64,000 nt of DNA from the NCBI GenBank assembly GCA_016704655.1, contig JADIZR010000007.1, positions 1,348 to 65,347 on the forward strand, in the 5' to 3' direction. How positions within the stretch are numbered: the stretch's first letter is position 1; every line of letters starts with the position of its first letter. Positions 46,597-57,179 of this stretch are shown one piece after another. This DNA comes from Pseudomonadota bacterium. Its GTDB lineage: Bacteria; Pseudomonadota; Gammaproteobacteria; Steroidobacterales; Steroidobacteraceae. The position numbers and the translations under genes were made by a program. A model generated the notes under the pieces. The model saw only the letters and a program-made list of their open reading frames with translations, had not been told where the DNA came from and searched no databases.

Positions 46597-47994
46597 TCAG
46601 CGTGGCTTACGCAGCAGCTGATCGGCGATCGCCCGATACGCCGGGAGCGACGTTGGATCGAAGTGCATGTTGCCCGCCAGCGGATGGGACGCGAACCGCA
46701 CGATGACCATTTCCGCCTTCGGATCGATGTAGATCGCCTGCCCGTGGATGCCGCGAGCCATGAAGGCGCCGTGGTCGTCGTGCGAGATCCACCACTGCTT
46801 CCTGTAACTCCAGCCCGGCAAGGTCTTGTAACCCGCGGGCACGAATGCCTCGGGACTCCCGCCCCGGCGAATGTCTGCGACGACAGCTGCGGGCACGATC
46901 TGCTGCCCGTTATATTTGCCCTGCAGGCGAACCATTTCGCCGAACCGTGCGAGGTCGCGCAACCGGCAATTGAAGCCTCCGGACGCAACCGCTGCGCCCG
47001 ACGGGTCAAGCGCGATGAACGCATCGGCTTCCGCGCCCAGCCGGCTCCAGATGCGCTCCTGCAAAACGACCTCGGGCCGCTTGCCGGTCACTCGAGCGAT
47101 CAGCCAGCCGAGCACTTCCGTGTTCGGCGAACGGTAATTGAACGCCTCGCCGTGATTGCCCTTGCGCGCGATCGTCGGCAGGAATTGCATGATCGACGAC
47201 GGGCCCACGTACCCCGCCGGGCGCGGAAACACGCCCGCAGCGCGCGCGAACGACAGGAACGAATCTGAACCGCCGACGTAGTTCTCGGAAAAATCCAGCG
47301 CGGTCGTCATGTCGAGGACCTGGCCCACCGTCGCATCGCCGAAGCCACTGGCCGCGAGCTCGGGCAGGTAGCGCGACACCGGCGCCGCCGCATCGAGCTT
47401 GCCTTCGGCCACCAGCATCGCTGCCAGCGTGCCGATGACGGACTTCGTGACCGAAAAAGCGATATGCGGCTGCTCGGCGGTGAGCGCGCCGAAATACCGC
47501 TCGTAGACGATGCGCCCGCGATGCAGCACGACGATGCCATCGGTGTAATTGGCCGCCAGCGAATCCGCCCAGTTGAGCGCCGTGGATCCGCCGAGAGGCA
47601 TGAAGGTGACCGCATCGAGGTCATCGCGTTCCGCGCGGGCCAGCGGAGCCACGGGACCCGTTCCCCGCAATACTTCCGCCGATGGCATGACCTCGCGCCA
47701 GTGCGAGAAGCTCCAGCGCCATTGCGGAAAACGGTAGTGGCTGCCGTCGTCGTACCGGACCTGCTTGTCGGGCGGCGGCGGATATCCCGCCATCCAGCCG
47801 AGCTTAACCGGATCGGTGTCGGCAGCGCTTGCGAATGCCGGCGGCGCGTCAGCCGCCTGGGCCACAACGATGTTAGTCAGGACGACGAGCAAGGCGGCCA
47901 GGAATACGCAGCCACGGGACGCAGGCACATTCGGCCGCGAAAGGGCACGATTGGTTAGATTCACGACTTCCCCCTGCCGGTATTCGAAAGCCAA
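46597..47994 (-). CDS. serine hydrolase of the beta-lactamase / 6-aminohexanoate-dimer hydrolase family
   Basis: S-x-x-K motif FSVTKSVIGTLAAML; secreted. Confidence 0.8.
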   Translation of the reverse strand: MAFEYRQGEVVNLTNRALSRPNVPASRGCVFLAALLVVLTNIVVAQAADAPPAFASAADTDPVKLGWMAGYPPPPDKQVRYDDGSHYRFPQWRWSFSHWREVMPSAEVLRGTGPVAPLARAERDDLDAVTFMPLGGSTALNWADSLAANYTDGIVVLHRGRIVYERYFGALTAEQPHIAFSVTKSVIGTLAAMLVAEGKLDAAAPVSRYLPELAASGFGDATVGQVLDMTTALDFSENYVGGSDSFLSFARAAGVFPRPAGYVGPSSIMQFLPTIARKGNHGEAFNYRSPNTEVLGWLIARVTGKRPEVVLQERIWSRLGAEADAFIALDPSGAAVASGGFNCRLRDLARFGEMVRLQGKYNGQQIVPAAVVADIRRGGSPEAFVPAGYKTLPGWSYRKQWWISHDDHGAFMARGIHGQAIYIDPKAEMVIVRFASHPLAGNMHFDPTSLPAYRAIADQLLRKPR

Positions 47995-48130
47995 GCATAC
48001 CCGGCGGCGCGCCCGGATTACGCGCCTTGACTAACTGCGCCAAAGCCGTATTTTCGACGGGTCTCGCTCGCTGCAAGGCACACCGTGCATTCCTTCGGCG
48101 CCTGGACATTCCCCGGCGCCACCGCCAACG

Positions 48131-49345
48131 GTGACGCACATGTCCACGCACGGAATTCGATTCTTCACGCGCGCCCTCCTCCACGCCGCTTTCCTCGGAG
48201 TGATCCTTACCATGGGAACCGCCGCTGCTGAACCGCGAGCCCGCGACCTCGGCATTCCGTTCCCGGGCACTCCCGGGCCACTCAATGCGATCACCGACGT
48301 CGCGGGCGTCGAGGTCGGCTACACGACGCTGATTGCGGGTGACGGCAAGCTCGAGGTCGGCAAGGGACCGGTGCGCACTGGCGTGACCGCGGTGCTGCCA
48401 CGCGGCCGCAAGGACCTGAGCGGAGTCTTCGGCGGCTACGCCGTCGGCAATGGCAACGGCGAGATGACGGGTACGATCTGGATCGAAGAGTCCGGCATCG
48501 TCGGCACTCCGATCCTGATCACGAACACACACAGCGTCGGCGTCGTGCGCGATTCGGTGATCGCATGGATGCTGCAGCACGGCGGCACGGAGCAGCTGTG
48601 GGGCCTGCCCGTGGTGGCGGAGACCTGGGACGGCTACCTCAACGACCTCAATGGCTTCCACGTGCAGCGTGAGCACGTCTTTACCGCACTCGACGGCGCG
48701 CGCGCAGGCGCCATCGCCGAAGGCAATGTCGGCGGCGGCACGGGCATGCACACGTTCGAATTCAAGGGCGGCACGGGCACGTCGTCACGTCGCGTCCGGG
48801 TGCATGGCATTGCCGACTACACGGTCGGCGTCCTGGTGCAGTCGAACTTCGGCCGTCGTTCGCAGCTGCAGGTGGCCGGCATCCCGATCGGCCGCGACTG
48901 GCCCGAAGACGCGCCGTTCACGAAGGAGAGCGGTCCCGTCAACGAACTCGGTTCGATCATCGTCGTCGTCGCCACCGACGCACCGCTGCTGCCGACGCAG
49001 CTCAAGCGCATCGCGCGGCGCGCTGCGATGGGAATCGCGCGCACCGGCGGCACGGCAGGCAACGGCTCGGGTGACATCTTCCTCGCGTTCTCGACGGCGA
49101 ATTCGGCCGCAGCCACCGCGACGGAAAGCCTGCAGCAGGCTGCCTTCGTTCCGAACGACCGGCTCGACGGCCTGTTCGAAGCCACCGTGCTGGCCACGGA
49201 GGAGGCCATCGTCAACGCCCTGGTGGCGGCACGGACGATGACGGGCATCGACGGCAATCGTCTCGTGGCGATCGATCACGCGCGACTGCAGGAGATGCTG
49301 CGGCGCCACGACCGCCTCGACACGGAAAAAGAGCCCGCGCGCTGA
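48131..49345 (+). CDS. peptidase S58 (DmpA/BapA aminopeptidase) family protein
   Basis: NAITDVAGVEVGYTT...GNVGGGTGMHTFEFKGGTGTSSR self-processing site region; signal peptide. Confidence 0.8.
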   Translation: MTHMSTHGIRFFTRALLHAAFLGVILTMGTAAAEPRARDLGIPFPGTPGPLNAITDVAGVEVGYTTLIAGDGKLEVGKGPVRTGVTAVLPRGRKDLSGVFGGYAVGNGNGEMTGTIWIEESGIVGTPILITNTHSVGVVRDSVIAWMLQHGGTEQLWGLPVVAETWDGYLNDLNGFHVQREHVFTALDGARAGAIAEGNVGGGTGMHTFEFKGGTGTSSRRVRVHGIADYTVGVLVQSNFGRRSQLQVAGIPIGRDWPEDAPFTKESGPVNELGSIIVVVATDAPLLPTQLKRIARRAAMGIARTGGTAGNGSGDIFLAFSTANSAAATATESLQQAAFVPNDRLDGLFEATVLATEEAIVNALVAARTMTGIDGNRLVAIDHARLQEMLRRHDRLDTEKEPAR

Positions 49346-49509
49346 CGCGCGGGCCGGGCTGCTCGCTGCGCTGGCCTGAACCCTGCAGACTGCGCATTGC
49401 ACTGCGTCAAGCCATGCCGACCCACCTGGGGTAGAATGTGCGACCGCGCGCCGCCTTTTGCTGTCGCGTCCGCACTGTCTCCCTACGGACCGATGAGGCG
49501 CCCCACGAC

Positions 49510-50580
49510 ATGCAAGCCAGCACGCCAGCGAACACCTGGAACCGCAAAGCCCTGCTGTGTTCCTTCGAGACTTCCAGGACCCAGATCCTGCTGCCGGCCC
49601 TGGTGCTGCTGCTCGATATCGCGCTTTTCAGCGCAGGAACCGCGATCGTCCTGCTGGCCGATAGCCTGCTGCTGAAATTGCTCGGCACGCTGGTCGTGAC
49701 GTTGGCAATCGTCCGGCTTTTTCTCGTCGGCCACGATGCCTGCCATGGCAGCTTCTTCTCGAGCGCGGGACTCAACGCCATCTGCGGACGGATTGCGTTC
49801 CTGCCGTCGTTGACCGCGTTCAGCCTGTGGGAGATGGGACACAACACGGCGCATCACGGCTTCAATAACCTCAAGGGCCGCGACCAGGTCTGGGCGCCCT
49901 ACTCCAAGGCCGAATTCGATGCGCTGCCGGGTTATCGCCGGGCACTCGAGCGGTGGTATCGGTCAGGCCTCGGTTGGGGCGCGTATTACCTGTATGAGAT
50001 GTGGTGGAAGAAGCTGTTCTTCGCCAGCAAGAAGGAAGTCGGCTCGAGCCGTCGCAAGTACAAGCTCGACAGCCTGCTCGTGACGGCGTTCACCGCCGCA
50101 TGGGTCGGCGGCGTCGTGTACGCCGCAGCCGCAACGGAGCAGTCGGTCGCGCTGCTGATCACGCTGGCCGTCGTCGCACCGTTCCTGCTGTGGAACGGCG
50201 TGATCGGCTTCGTGGTGTACCTGCACCACACGAACCCGGGCATCGCCTGGTTCCAGAACCGCCAGGAATGGCAGCGCTGCCGTGCCTACCTCACATCCAC
50301 CGCCTGCGTGCGCTTCCCGTGGGGCATGGACCGCCTGATGCACAACATCATGGAACACAACGCGCATCACCTGAACCCGGGAATTCCGATGTTCTCGCTG
50401 CGTGAAGCCCAGCAGGTGCTGCGCGACAAGTTCCCGGATCTTTGCGATTACCGCATCACCCGGCGCACGTACATGGACGTCGTGCAGCGCTGCAAGTTGT
50501 ACGATTTCGCCAATCACCAGTGGCTGGACTTCGACGGCAGGGTGACCGCGCGCGTGACGCTGGCGAACGCGGCCGCCTGA
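49510..50580 (+). CDS. membrane fatty-acid desaturase family protein
   Basis: Three His boxes: HDACHG, HNTAHHGF, HNAHHLNP. Start chosen at MQASTPANTW. Confidence 0.8.
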   Translation: MQASTPANTWNRKALLCSFETSRTQILLPALVLLLDIALFSAGTAIVLLADSLLLKLLGTLVVTLAIVRLFLVGHDACHGSFFSSAGLNAICGRIAFLPSLTAFSLWEMGHNTAHHGFNNLKGRDQVWAPYSKAEFDALPGYRRALERWYRSGLGWGAYYLYEMWWKKLFFASKKEVGSSRRKYKLDSLLVTAFTAAWVGGVVYAAAATEQSVALLITLAVVAPFLLWNGVIGFVVYLHHTNPGIAWFQNRQEWQRCRAYLTSTACVRFPWGMDRLMHNIMEHNAHHLNPGIPMFSLREAQQVLRDKFPDLCDYRITRRTYMDVVQRCKLYDFANHQWLDFDGRVTARVTLANAAA

Positions 50581-50637
50581 GGCTGCTTCCGGCCGGGCCA
50601 CAGAGCACCGGCCGTCAATTACAAGAAGGGATTCCCC

Positions 50638-51699
50638 ATGCTCAATGCACGCACGGTCCAGGGCAGCCATGGGGACGTCTTCACGTACCTGCACGGCGAA
50701 CTGGACGCGGCTGCCACCCACTGCCACATGCCTTGCGATGCTGGTCCGAACAGCCTCGTCTTCGTCAGCGACCAGGCACAGCTCGCCAACGCGCGCGAAC
50801 GCGGAGCCGCCATTCTCGTCGTGCAGCGCGACATCGCCGATCAGCTGGACGCAACGGATGCCGCCTTCGGCTGCTCCTTTTCCGTCAAGACCGTGTCGAT
50901 GGGAATGGCGGTACTGCTCAAGTATTTCGACCGCAAACGCGAGCGCTTCACCCAGTGGGGCGAACGTCATCCCACGGCCATCGTCCATGCGTCAGCCTCG
51001 ATCGGCAGGGGCGTGCTCCTTGGACCGTACTGCGTCATCGGCGCCAACGCCATCATCGGTGACGGCTGCTGCATCGGGTCGCACGTCGTCGTCGAGAACG
51101 ACGCGCGCCTTGGCCCCAACACCTTGCTGCATCCGCACGTCTTCGTCGGCGCCGGTTGCGAGCTCGGGCGGGACTGCGAAGTGCATCCGCACACCAGCAT
51201 CGGCAGCGACGGCTTCGGCTATGCGGTGGGCTCGAGCCGGCGACCGCAGAAGCTTTCGCACCTGGGGAACGTGCGCATCGGTGACGAAGTCGAGATCGGC
51301 AGCAATTGCGCGATCGATCGCGCGACACTGTCGTCAACCTATGTCCGCTCCGGTGCCAAGCTCGACAACCTCTGCCACATCGCGCACAACTGCGACCTGG
51401 GCGAAGACGGGTTCTACACGGCCGGTTTCATGATGGCGGGGTCGACGACGATCGGACGACGTTTCATGACCGGCGGCAACAGCGTGGTCTCGGCGCACCT
51501 CAAGCTCGCGGACGACGTCGTGCTGGCAGGGCGCTCAACGGTGACCAGCGACGTGCCCGTGTCCGGACACTACGGCGGCTATCCGCTGCAGCCGTTAAAG
51601 GACTTCATGCGGACGCTCGCCGCGCTGGGCCAGCTCACCGAAATCCGCAGGAACCTCAACCGGGTGCTGAAGCATCTGCAGCTGCCGGAACGACCGTAA
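50638..51699 (+). CDS. LpxD-like UDP-3-O-acylglucosamine N-acyltransferase (left-handed beta-helix)
   Basis: [49 protein letters not shown] hexapeptide repeats and [10 protein letters not shown]. It is not in the usual bamA-skp-lpxD-fabZ-lpxA context. Confidence 0.7.
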   Translation: MLNARTVQGSHGDVFTYLHGELDAAATHCHMPCDAGPNSLVFVSDQAQLANARERGAAILVVQRDIADQLDATDAAFGCSFSVKTVSMGMAVLLKYFDRKRERFTQWGERHPTAIVHASASIGRGVLLGPYCVIGANAIIGDGCCIGSHVVVENDARLGPNTLLHPHVFVGAGCELGRDCEVHPHTSIGSDGFGYAVGSSRRPQKLSHLGNVRIGDEVEIGSNCAIDRATLSSTYVRSGAKLDNLCHIAHNCDLGEDGFYTAGFMMAGSTTIGRRFMTGGNSVVSAHLKLADDVVLAGRSTVTSDVPVSGHYGGYPLQPLKDFMRTLAALGQLTEIRRNLNRVLKHLQLPERP

Positions 51700-51706
51700 C
51701 CCGTCC

Positions 51707-53140
51707 ATGGCGTCGACACCCCCGATAGCCGCTCCAATGAATAGTGAGTACTCCGACGCCCTGGTCGTCTTCGGCATCACGGGCGACCTTGCTTTCAAGA
51801 AAATCCTGCCCGCGCTCGAGAATCTCGAAAAGCGCAGGCGGTTGCCGGAGATCGTGGTCGGCGTCGCGCGCGGCGGAGTCACGCGGCAGGCATTGATCGT
51901 CCGGCTGCGGGAAAGCCTGGCGCAGTACGGCGACGATACCGACCCGGAGGCGCTGCGGCGACTCGAAGCCAGGCTGCAGCTCATTGATGGCGACTACCGT
52001 GACGACACCACCTTCGCGGCGTTACGCGCAGCGCTGGGCGGCGCCAGGCGTCCCTGCCACTACCTGGCCATTCCGCCAAGCCTGTTCGCCGCGGTCGCCG
52101 CCAAGCTCGGCAGTTCGGGCTGCGCAGCGAACGCCCGTGTCGTCGTCGAGAAGCCGCTGGGACGCGACCTGTCGAGCGCGCAGACGATCAACCGGGCGCT
52201 GCAACAGGTCGTCGATGAGAATTCCATCTTTCGCATCGATCATTTTCTCGGCAAGGAGGCCGTGCAGAACCTGCTGTATTTCCGTTTCGCCAACTCCATC
52301 ATCGAGCCGCTCTGGAACCGCACGCACGTCGAGCACGTGCAGATCACCATGGCCGAGAACTTCGGCGTCGAGGGCCGTGGCCGGCTGTACGAGGAACTCG
52401 GCGCGGTGCGGGACGTCGTGCAGAACCACCTGCTGCAGGTGCTGGCGATCCTGGCGATGGAACCGCCCGTCGGCACCAGCCCCGAGGCGATGCGCGACGA
52501 AAAAATGAAGGTGTTGCGCGCCATCCGGCATCCTGAACGCCGCGACATCGTGCGCGGCCAATACGAGGGGTATCGCGGGGAGGACGGGGTAAGTCCGAAC
52601 TCGGACGCCGAAACGTACGCAGCACTGCGCTTCGAGATCGACTCGTGGCGCTGGGCCGACGTGCCGTTCTTCATCCGGACCGGGAAACGGATGCCGGTGA
52701 CAGCGACCGAGGTGATGGCGACATTTCGGCGTCCGCCGCAGCGACTGTTCGATGAAACCGTGCCGCCGCGCGCGAATTACCTGCGGTTCAGGCTCGGACC
52801 GGATCGCATTGCGATCGCGCTTGGCGTCCGCACCAAGGACGCCGGCGAAGCGATGGTTGGTGAAGAAACGGAACTCTATGCCTGCAATTCGCAGGCGGAC
52901 GAGATGACTCCGTACGAGCGACTGCTGGGTGACGCAATGCGTGGCGACGCGACGTTGTTTGCGCGCCAGGATTCGGTCGAGGTGGCCTGGGACATCGTGG
53001 ATCGACTGCTGGCCAGCGGTCCGCAGGCCACGCCGTATGCTGCGAACAGCTGGGGACCGGATGCCGCGGCACGCATGGTCGAACGGTTCGGCGGCTGGTA
53101 CGACCCGCCGTCGGTCCCGATCACGACGCCCTGCGGCTGA
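51707..53140 (+). CDS. zwf: glucose-6-phosphate dehydrogenase
   Basis: [19 protein letters not shown] and RIDHFLGKE. Confidence 0.9.
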   Translation: MASTPPIAAPMNSEYSDALVVFGITGDLAFKKILPALENLEKRRRLPEIVVGVARGGVTRQALIVRLRESLAQYGDDTDPEALRRLEARLQLIDGDYRDDTTFAALRAALGGARRPCHYLAIPPSLFAAVAAKLGSSGCAANARVVVEKPLGRDLSSAQTINRALQQVVDENSIFRIDHFLGKEAVQNLLYFRFANSIIEPLWNRTHVEHVQITMAENFGVEGRGRLYEELGAVRDVVQNHLLQVLAILAMEPPVGTSPEAMRDEKMKVLRAIRHPERRDIVRGQYEGYRGEDGVSPNSDAETYAALRFEIDSWRWADVPFFIRTGKRMPVTATEVMATFRRPPQRLFDETVPPRANYLRFRLGPDRIAIALGVRTKDAGEAMVGEETELYACNSQADEMTPYERLLGDAMRGDATLFARQDSVEVAWDIVDRLLASGPQATPYAANSWGPDAAARMVERFGGWYDPPSVPITTPCG

Positions 53141-53143
53141 CGG

Positions 53144-54058
53144 TCACTTCGTCTGCACCGCGTGCCCGCCGAAGGCCTGGCGCATGCGTGCCAGCAACCG
53201 GTTGGTGAAATCGCCTTTGCCCTGGCTCGCGAAGCGCTCCATCAGCGAGAGCGTCATGACGGGCGTCGGCACGCCGAGCTCGATCGACTCGATGGCCGTC
53301 CAGCGGCCTTCCCCGGAATCCGCGACCAACGGCACCGTCGACTCGAGCGTGGCGTCCCTGGCCAGAAACTCTGCCGTGAGGTCCAGCAGCCAGGACCGGA
53401 TCACCGTGCCGTGTCGCCAGGCTTCCGTGATCTGTGGCAGGTCGAGCGCAAACTCGCTCTTGGCGCGCATCAATGCGAGCCCTTCGGCGTAGGCCTGCAT
53501 CATTCCGTACTCGATGCCGTTGTGGACCATCTTGGTGAAGTGCCCCGCACCCGCCGGGCCGCAGTGCACCCAGCCGCGATCCGGTGCTGGCGCCAGCGCC
53601 TGCAGCACGGGTTCGATCGCGCGGACAGCCGCGCCGTCGCCACCCACCATGAGTCCGTAACCGTTCTCGAGGCCCCAGACGCCACCCGAGACGCCGGCGT
53701 CGACGAACAGCATGCCGTGTGCGCCGAGGTCCGACGCGTGCCGCTGGCTGTCCTTGTACATCGCGTTGGCACCGTCGACGACGACATCGCCCGGCGACAA
53801 CAGCGGCACGAGCCGTTGCAGGGTCTCGTCCGTTGGCGCTCCAGCAGGCAACATCAGCCAGACGATCCTGGGCGTGGGAAGGCTCGATACAAGGGCTTCC
53901 AGTGTGCCGGCGAGCTCGATGCGCGGCTCGTCGGTCAATCCCGTGCGGGCTTCGGGTGAACGATCCCACGCGACCACGGCGTGGCCGGCGCGGGCGAGGC
54001 GACGGCTCATGTTGCCGCCCATCCGACCCAGTCCAATCATTCCCAACGTGAGGTTCAT
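53144..54058 (-). CDS. gnd: 6-phosphogluconate dehydrogenase, short (YqeC/Gnd-like) form
   Basis: MNLTLGMIGLGRMGGNMSRRL Rossmann start, then GDVVVDGANA...VDAGVSGGVWG. Confidence 0.85.
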   Translation of the reverse strand: MNLTLGMIGLGRMGGNMSRRLARAGHAVVAWDRSPEARTGLTDEPRIELAGTLEALVSSLPTPRIVWLMLPAGAPTDETLQRLVPLLSPGDVVVDGANAMYKDSQRHASDLGAHGMLFVDAGVSGGVWGLENGYGLMVGGDGAAVRAIEPVLQALAPAPDRGWVHCGPAGAGHFTKMVHNGIEYGMMQAYAEGLALMRAKSEFALDLPQITEAWRHGTVIRSWLLDLTAEFLARDATLESTVPLVADSGEGRWTAIESIELGVPTPVMTLSLMERFASQGKGDFTNRLLARMRQAFGGHAVQTK

Positions 54059-54129
54059 CGCGTTCCGATCCATTACAGCCCGGCGGGGGCGATCGATGGT
54101 CGCGCGATGCCGGGACGCGCACAAGGGCG

Positions 54130-54600
54130 TGCCGGCCCCCCGGGGGGCCGGCGTACCCCCCCATCGTCGCGTACGCTCACTACATGGACGGCCGGCAGCC
54201 TGCTGCGGCGCCTGCCACTGAGCACCGGAAGCTTACCGGTCGGGGGGGGGGGAGGGCGCTATTGCACCGGACCGCTGTCCATGCCGACGTGCTCGAACGA
54301 GGGCGGAGTGGCGGTCCGCGCCGGGCCCGGGCGCCGCGCCGGGCCGGCTGCCGCCGCTCCCGAGCGCCCGGGCCGCCCGGGGGGGGCGGGGCGGGGGGGG
54401 GTCCGCGGTCCCCGCCCCCCCCCCCCCCCCGGGCCTGGCAGGCCGCTTTGCCCGCGCCCGCGCGCCCCCCGAAGCGCACCCCCCCCCCCCCGGGTCGTCC
54501 CTTTCCTTGTCGGCGGGCTGCTCGCGTTCTGTCCGTTGGCGGGTTGGGGCCGCGGGCCGCCCTCCGGTCGCGCCTCCCCCCGGGGCGCCGCCGCCCCGCC
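54130..54600. repeat. extremely GC-rich non-coding region dense in G/C homopolymers
   Basis: C6G6 palindrome at 54136-54147, C7 at 54156-54162 and G11 at 54242-54252. G8-C-G4-C-G9 at 54379-54401 is followed by C4-G-C16 at 54410-54430. C6 at 54465-54470, C13 at 54479-54491 and C6G4 at 54586-54595. Confidence 0.85.
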
Positions 54601-54720
54601 GCGCCCGCCGCCCGGCCCTACCCGCTCCGTCCGCCTTGAGGCACGCTCGCCGCAAAGCCCGGGACAGCCGGCAGCCAAGGGGCTAGTCTTGCTCCACGCA
54701 AGAAGAGCCGTGGACGGGCA

Positions 54721-56034
54721 ATGGATATCGATGCACTGACACTCGCGCGGCTGCAGTTCGCCTTCACGATCAGCTTCCACATCATCTTCCCGGCCATCTC
54801 GATCGGGCTGGCCAGCTATCTCGCCGTGCTTGAGGGCCTCTGGCTCTTCACCGGCCGCGTCGTCTTCCTCGACCTCTTCAATTACTGGAAGAAGATCTTC
54901 GCAGTGGCATTCGGCATGGGCGTCGTGTCGGGCATCGTCATGAGCTACCAGTTCGGCACCAACTGGAGCGTGTTCTCCGACAAGGCCGGTCCGGTGATCG
55001 GGCCGCTGATGGGCTACGAGGTACTGACCGCTTTCTTCCTGGAAGCGGGATTCCTCGGCGTCATGCTTTTCGGCCTGTCGCGCGTGGGGCCGCGACTGCA
55101 CTTCCTGGCGACGCTGATGGTCGCGCTCGGCACGTTCATTTCCGCGTTCTGGATTCTCTCGGTCAACAGCTGGATGCAGACGCCGGCCGGCTACGCGATC
55201 AACGAAGTCGGCCAGTTCGTTCCGGCGGACTGGGTCGCAGTCATCTTCAACCCATCCTTCCCCTACCGGCTCGTGCACATGCTCCTGGCCGCGTACCTCA
55301 GCACGGCGTTCATCGTCGGTGGCACGGGTGCGCTGCATCTGTTGCGCGATGCGACGCTGCCTGCCTCGCGCATCATGTTTTCGATGGCGATGTGGATGGC
55401 CGCAATCGTCGCGCCGCTGCAGATAGTCGCCGGCGACTTGCACGGGCTCAACACGCTGGAGCACCAGCCCGCCAAGGTTGCGGCAATGGAAGGTCACTTC
55501 GAAACGCACGCGGGCGCGCCGCTCATCCTGTTCGGCTGGCCGGACATGGAGCAGGAGCGGACACGGTACGCAGTCGAGGTGCCGAAGCTTGGCAGCCTGA
55601 TCCTCACCCACGACTGGAACGGCACCGTGCGCGGGCTCAAGGAATGGCCACGCGAGGATCGCCCGAACGCGACCATCGTGTTCTGGAGCTTCCGCGTGAT
55701 GGTCGGGGCCGGACTTGCGATGCTCGCGGTCGGTGCGTGGAGCCTGGCGCTGCGGGCGCGAAAACGCCTGTACGACCAGCCGTGGCTGCTGCGCGCGTCA
55801 GTCGCCTTGAGCCCCATCGGCATCGTTGCCGTGATTGCAGGCTGGATCACCACCGAGGTCGGCCGACAGCCCTACACCGTTTACGGGTTACTGCGAACCA
55901 CGGACAGCGCATCGTCGATCGATGCCGCGGCAGTGGGCGCTTCGCTCGCCGCATTTGCAATCGTGTACTTCGCGGTCTTCGGTGCCGGTGCGTTCTACAT
56001 GCTGCGCCTGATGGGCAAGGAGCCGCGCGCATGA
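54721..56034 (+). CDS. cydA: cytochrome bd-type ubiquinol oxidase subunit I (short, CIO-like)
   Basis: LARLQFAFTISFHIIFPAISIGLA...GVVSGIVMSYQFGTNWS. Confidence 0.9.
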   Translation: MDIDALTLARLQFAFTISFHIIFPAISIGLASYLAVLEGLWLFTGRVVFLDLFNYWKKIFAVAFGMGVVSGIVMSYQFGTNWSVFSDKAGPVIGPLMGYEVLTAFFLEAGFLGVMLFGLSRVGPRLHFLATLMVALGTFISAFWILSVNSWMQTPAGYAINEVGQFVPADWVAVIFNPSFPYRLVHMLLAAYLSTAFIVGGTGALHLLRDATLPASRIMFSMAMWMAAIVAPLQIVAGDLHGLNTLEHQPAKVAAMEGHFETHAGAPLILFGWPDMEQERTRYAVEVPKLGSLILTHDWNGTVRGLKEWPREDRPNATIVFWSFRVMVGAGLAMLAVGAWSLALRARKRLYDQPWLLRASVALSPIGIVAVIAGWITTEVGRQPYTVYGLLRTTDSASSIDAAAVGASLAAFAIVYFAVFGAGAFYMLRLMGKEPRA

Positions 56035-57041
56035 TGCACCTCGATCTCGCGCTGATCTGGGCAGGGCTGCTCGCCTTCGCGGTGCTCGCTTATGTCGTGC
56101 TCGACGGCTTCGACCTCGGCGTTGGCATCCTGTTTCCCTTCATGCCCGAGGAGATGCAGCGCGACGAGATGATGAACTCGGTTGCGCCGGTGTGGGACGG
56201 CAACGAGACATGGCTCGTGCTTGGAGGCGGCGGTCTGTTCGCCGTCTTTCCGCTGGCCTACGCGATCATCATGCCCGCGCTGTATGCGCCCGTGATCGCT
56301 CTGCTGCTTGGGCTCGTCTTCCGCGGCGTGGCTTTCGAATTTCGCTGGAAGACACAGCGCGGCAAGTTCCTGTGGGATGGCGCATTCACCGCTGGATCCA
56401 CGATGGCCGCGTTCGCCCAGGGAATCGCGCTCGGCGCGCTGGTGCAGGGAATTCCAGTGGCGGGCCGCGCTTATGACGGTGGCTGGTGGGATTGGCTCAC
56501 GCCTTTCAGCGTCCTCACCGGCGTATCGCTCGTGTTCGGCTATGCGCTGCTCGGCGCGACCTGGCTCATCTACAAGACGCAGGGTCACACCCAGCAGCGG
56601 GCGTATCGATTCGCCGCTGTTGCCGGCGGCGCGACGCTGGCCGCCATCGGGCTAGTCAGCCTGTGGACGCCCTTCCTCAGTGATGTGTTCATGCAGCGCT
56701 GGTTCTCGTGGCCGCGGATCCTGTTCGTGGCGCCGGTTCCGGCTCTTGTCGCTCTCGCTGCGTATGTCCTTTTCAACGGCCTGCGACGGCGGCAGGAACT
56801 GAGCCCCTTCCTCGCGTCGCTGGCGCTGTTCGTCCTGTGCTTCGTCGGACTGCTGATCAGCTTTTTCCCGTACCTGGTGCCGACGTCGGTCACACTGTGG
56901 GACGCGGCTGCGCCGCCATCGAGCCTCAAGTTCCTGCTCGCGGGCGCCGCCTTCCTGATCCCGATCATCCTCGTGTACACCGCGTACTCGTACTGGGTGT
57001 TCCGCGGCAAGATCGAACCGGGCGGCGGCGGTTACCACTGA
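56031..57041 (+). CDS. cydB: cytochrome bd-type ubiquinol oxidase subunit II
   Basis: ATGA overlap with cydA. Sequence LDGFDLGVGILFP...VAPVWDGNETWLVLGGG. Confidence 0.9.
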   Translation: MMHLDLALIWAGLLAFAVLAYVVLDGFDLGVGILFPFMPEEMQRDEMMNSVAPVWDGNETWLVLGGGGLFAVFPLAYAIIMPALYAPVIALLLGLVFRGVAFEFRWKTQRGKFLWDGAFTAGSTMAAFAQGIALGALVQGIPVAGRAYDGGWWDWLTPFSVLTGVSLVFGYALLGATWLIYKTQGHTQQRAYRFAAVAGGATLAAIGLVSLWTPFLSDVFMQRWFSWPRILFVAPVPALVALAAYVLFNGLRRRQELSPFLASLALFVLCFVGLLISFFPYLVPTSVTLWDAAAPPSSLKFLLAGAAFLIPIILVYTAYSYWVFRGKIEPGGGGYH

Positions 57042-57043
57042 CG

Positions 57044-57157
57044 ATGGCGCCCAAAGGCTGGCAGCGCCTGCTCTGGTTTGTCGTGATCTGGGCTGGCAGC
57101 GTCATGGCACTCGGCGCCGTAGCGTGGGCGATCCGGTTGGCCCTGGGTTTAAAATAG
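57044..57157 (+). CDS. 37-aa single-TM protein of the cyd operon (DUF2474-like)
   Basis: ATG lies 2 nt after the cydB stop. Sequence is MAPKGWQRLLWFVVIWAGSVMALGAVAWAIRLALGLK. Confidence 0.5.
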   Translation: MAPKGWQRLLWFVVIWAGSVMALGAVAWAIRLALGLK

Positions 57158-57179
57158 CGGCCTGACAAGGAGAACGACC

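Noticed and set aside
53981-54739. Several 100-450-aa ORFs on both strands across 54.1-54.7 kb (for example 53981..54739 +, 54259..55611 -)
   Set aside because: The translations are Pro/Gly/Arg/Ala low-complexity strings produced by G/C homopolymers. One is antisense to cydA. There are no domains or signal features, so I treat the region as non-coding.
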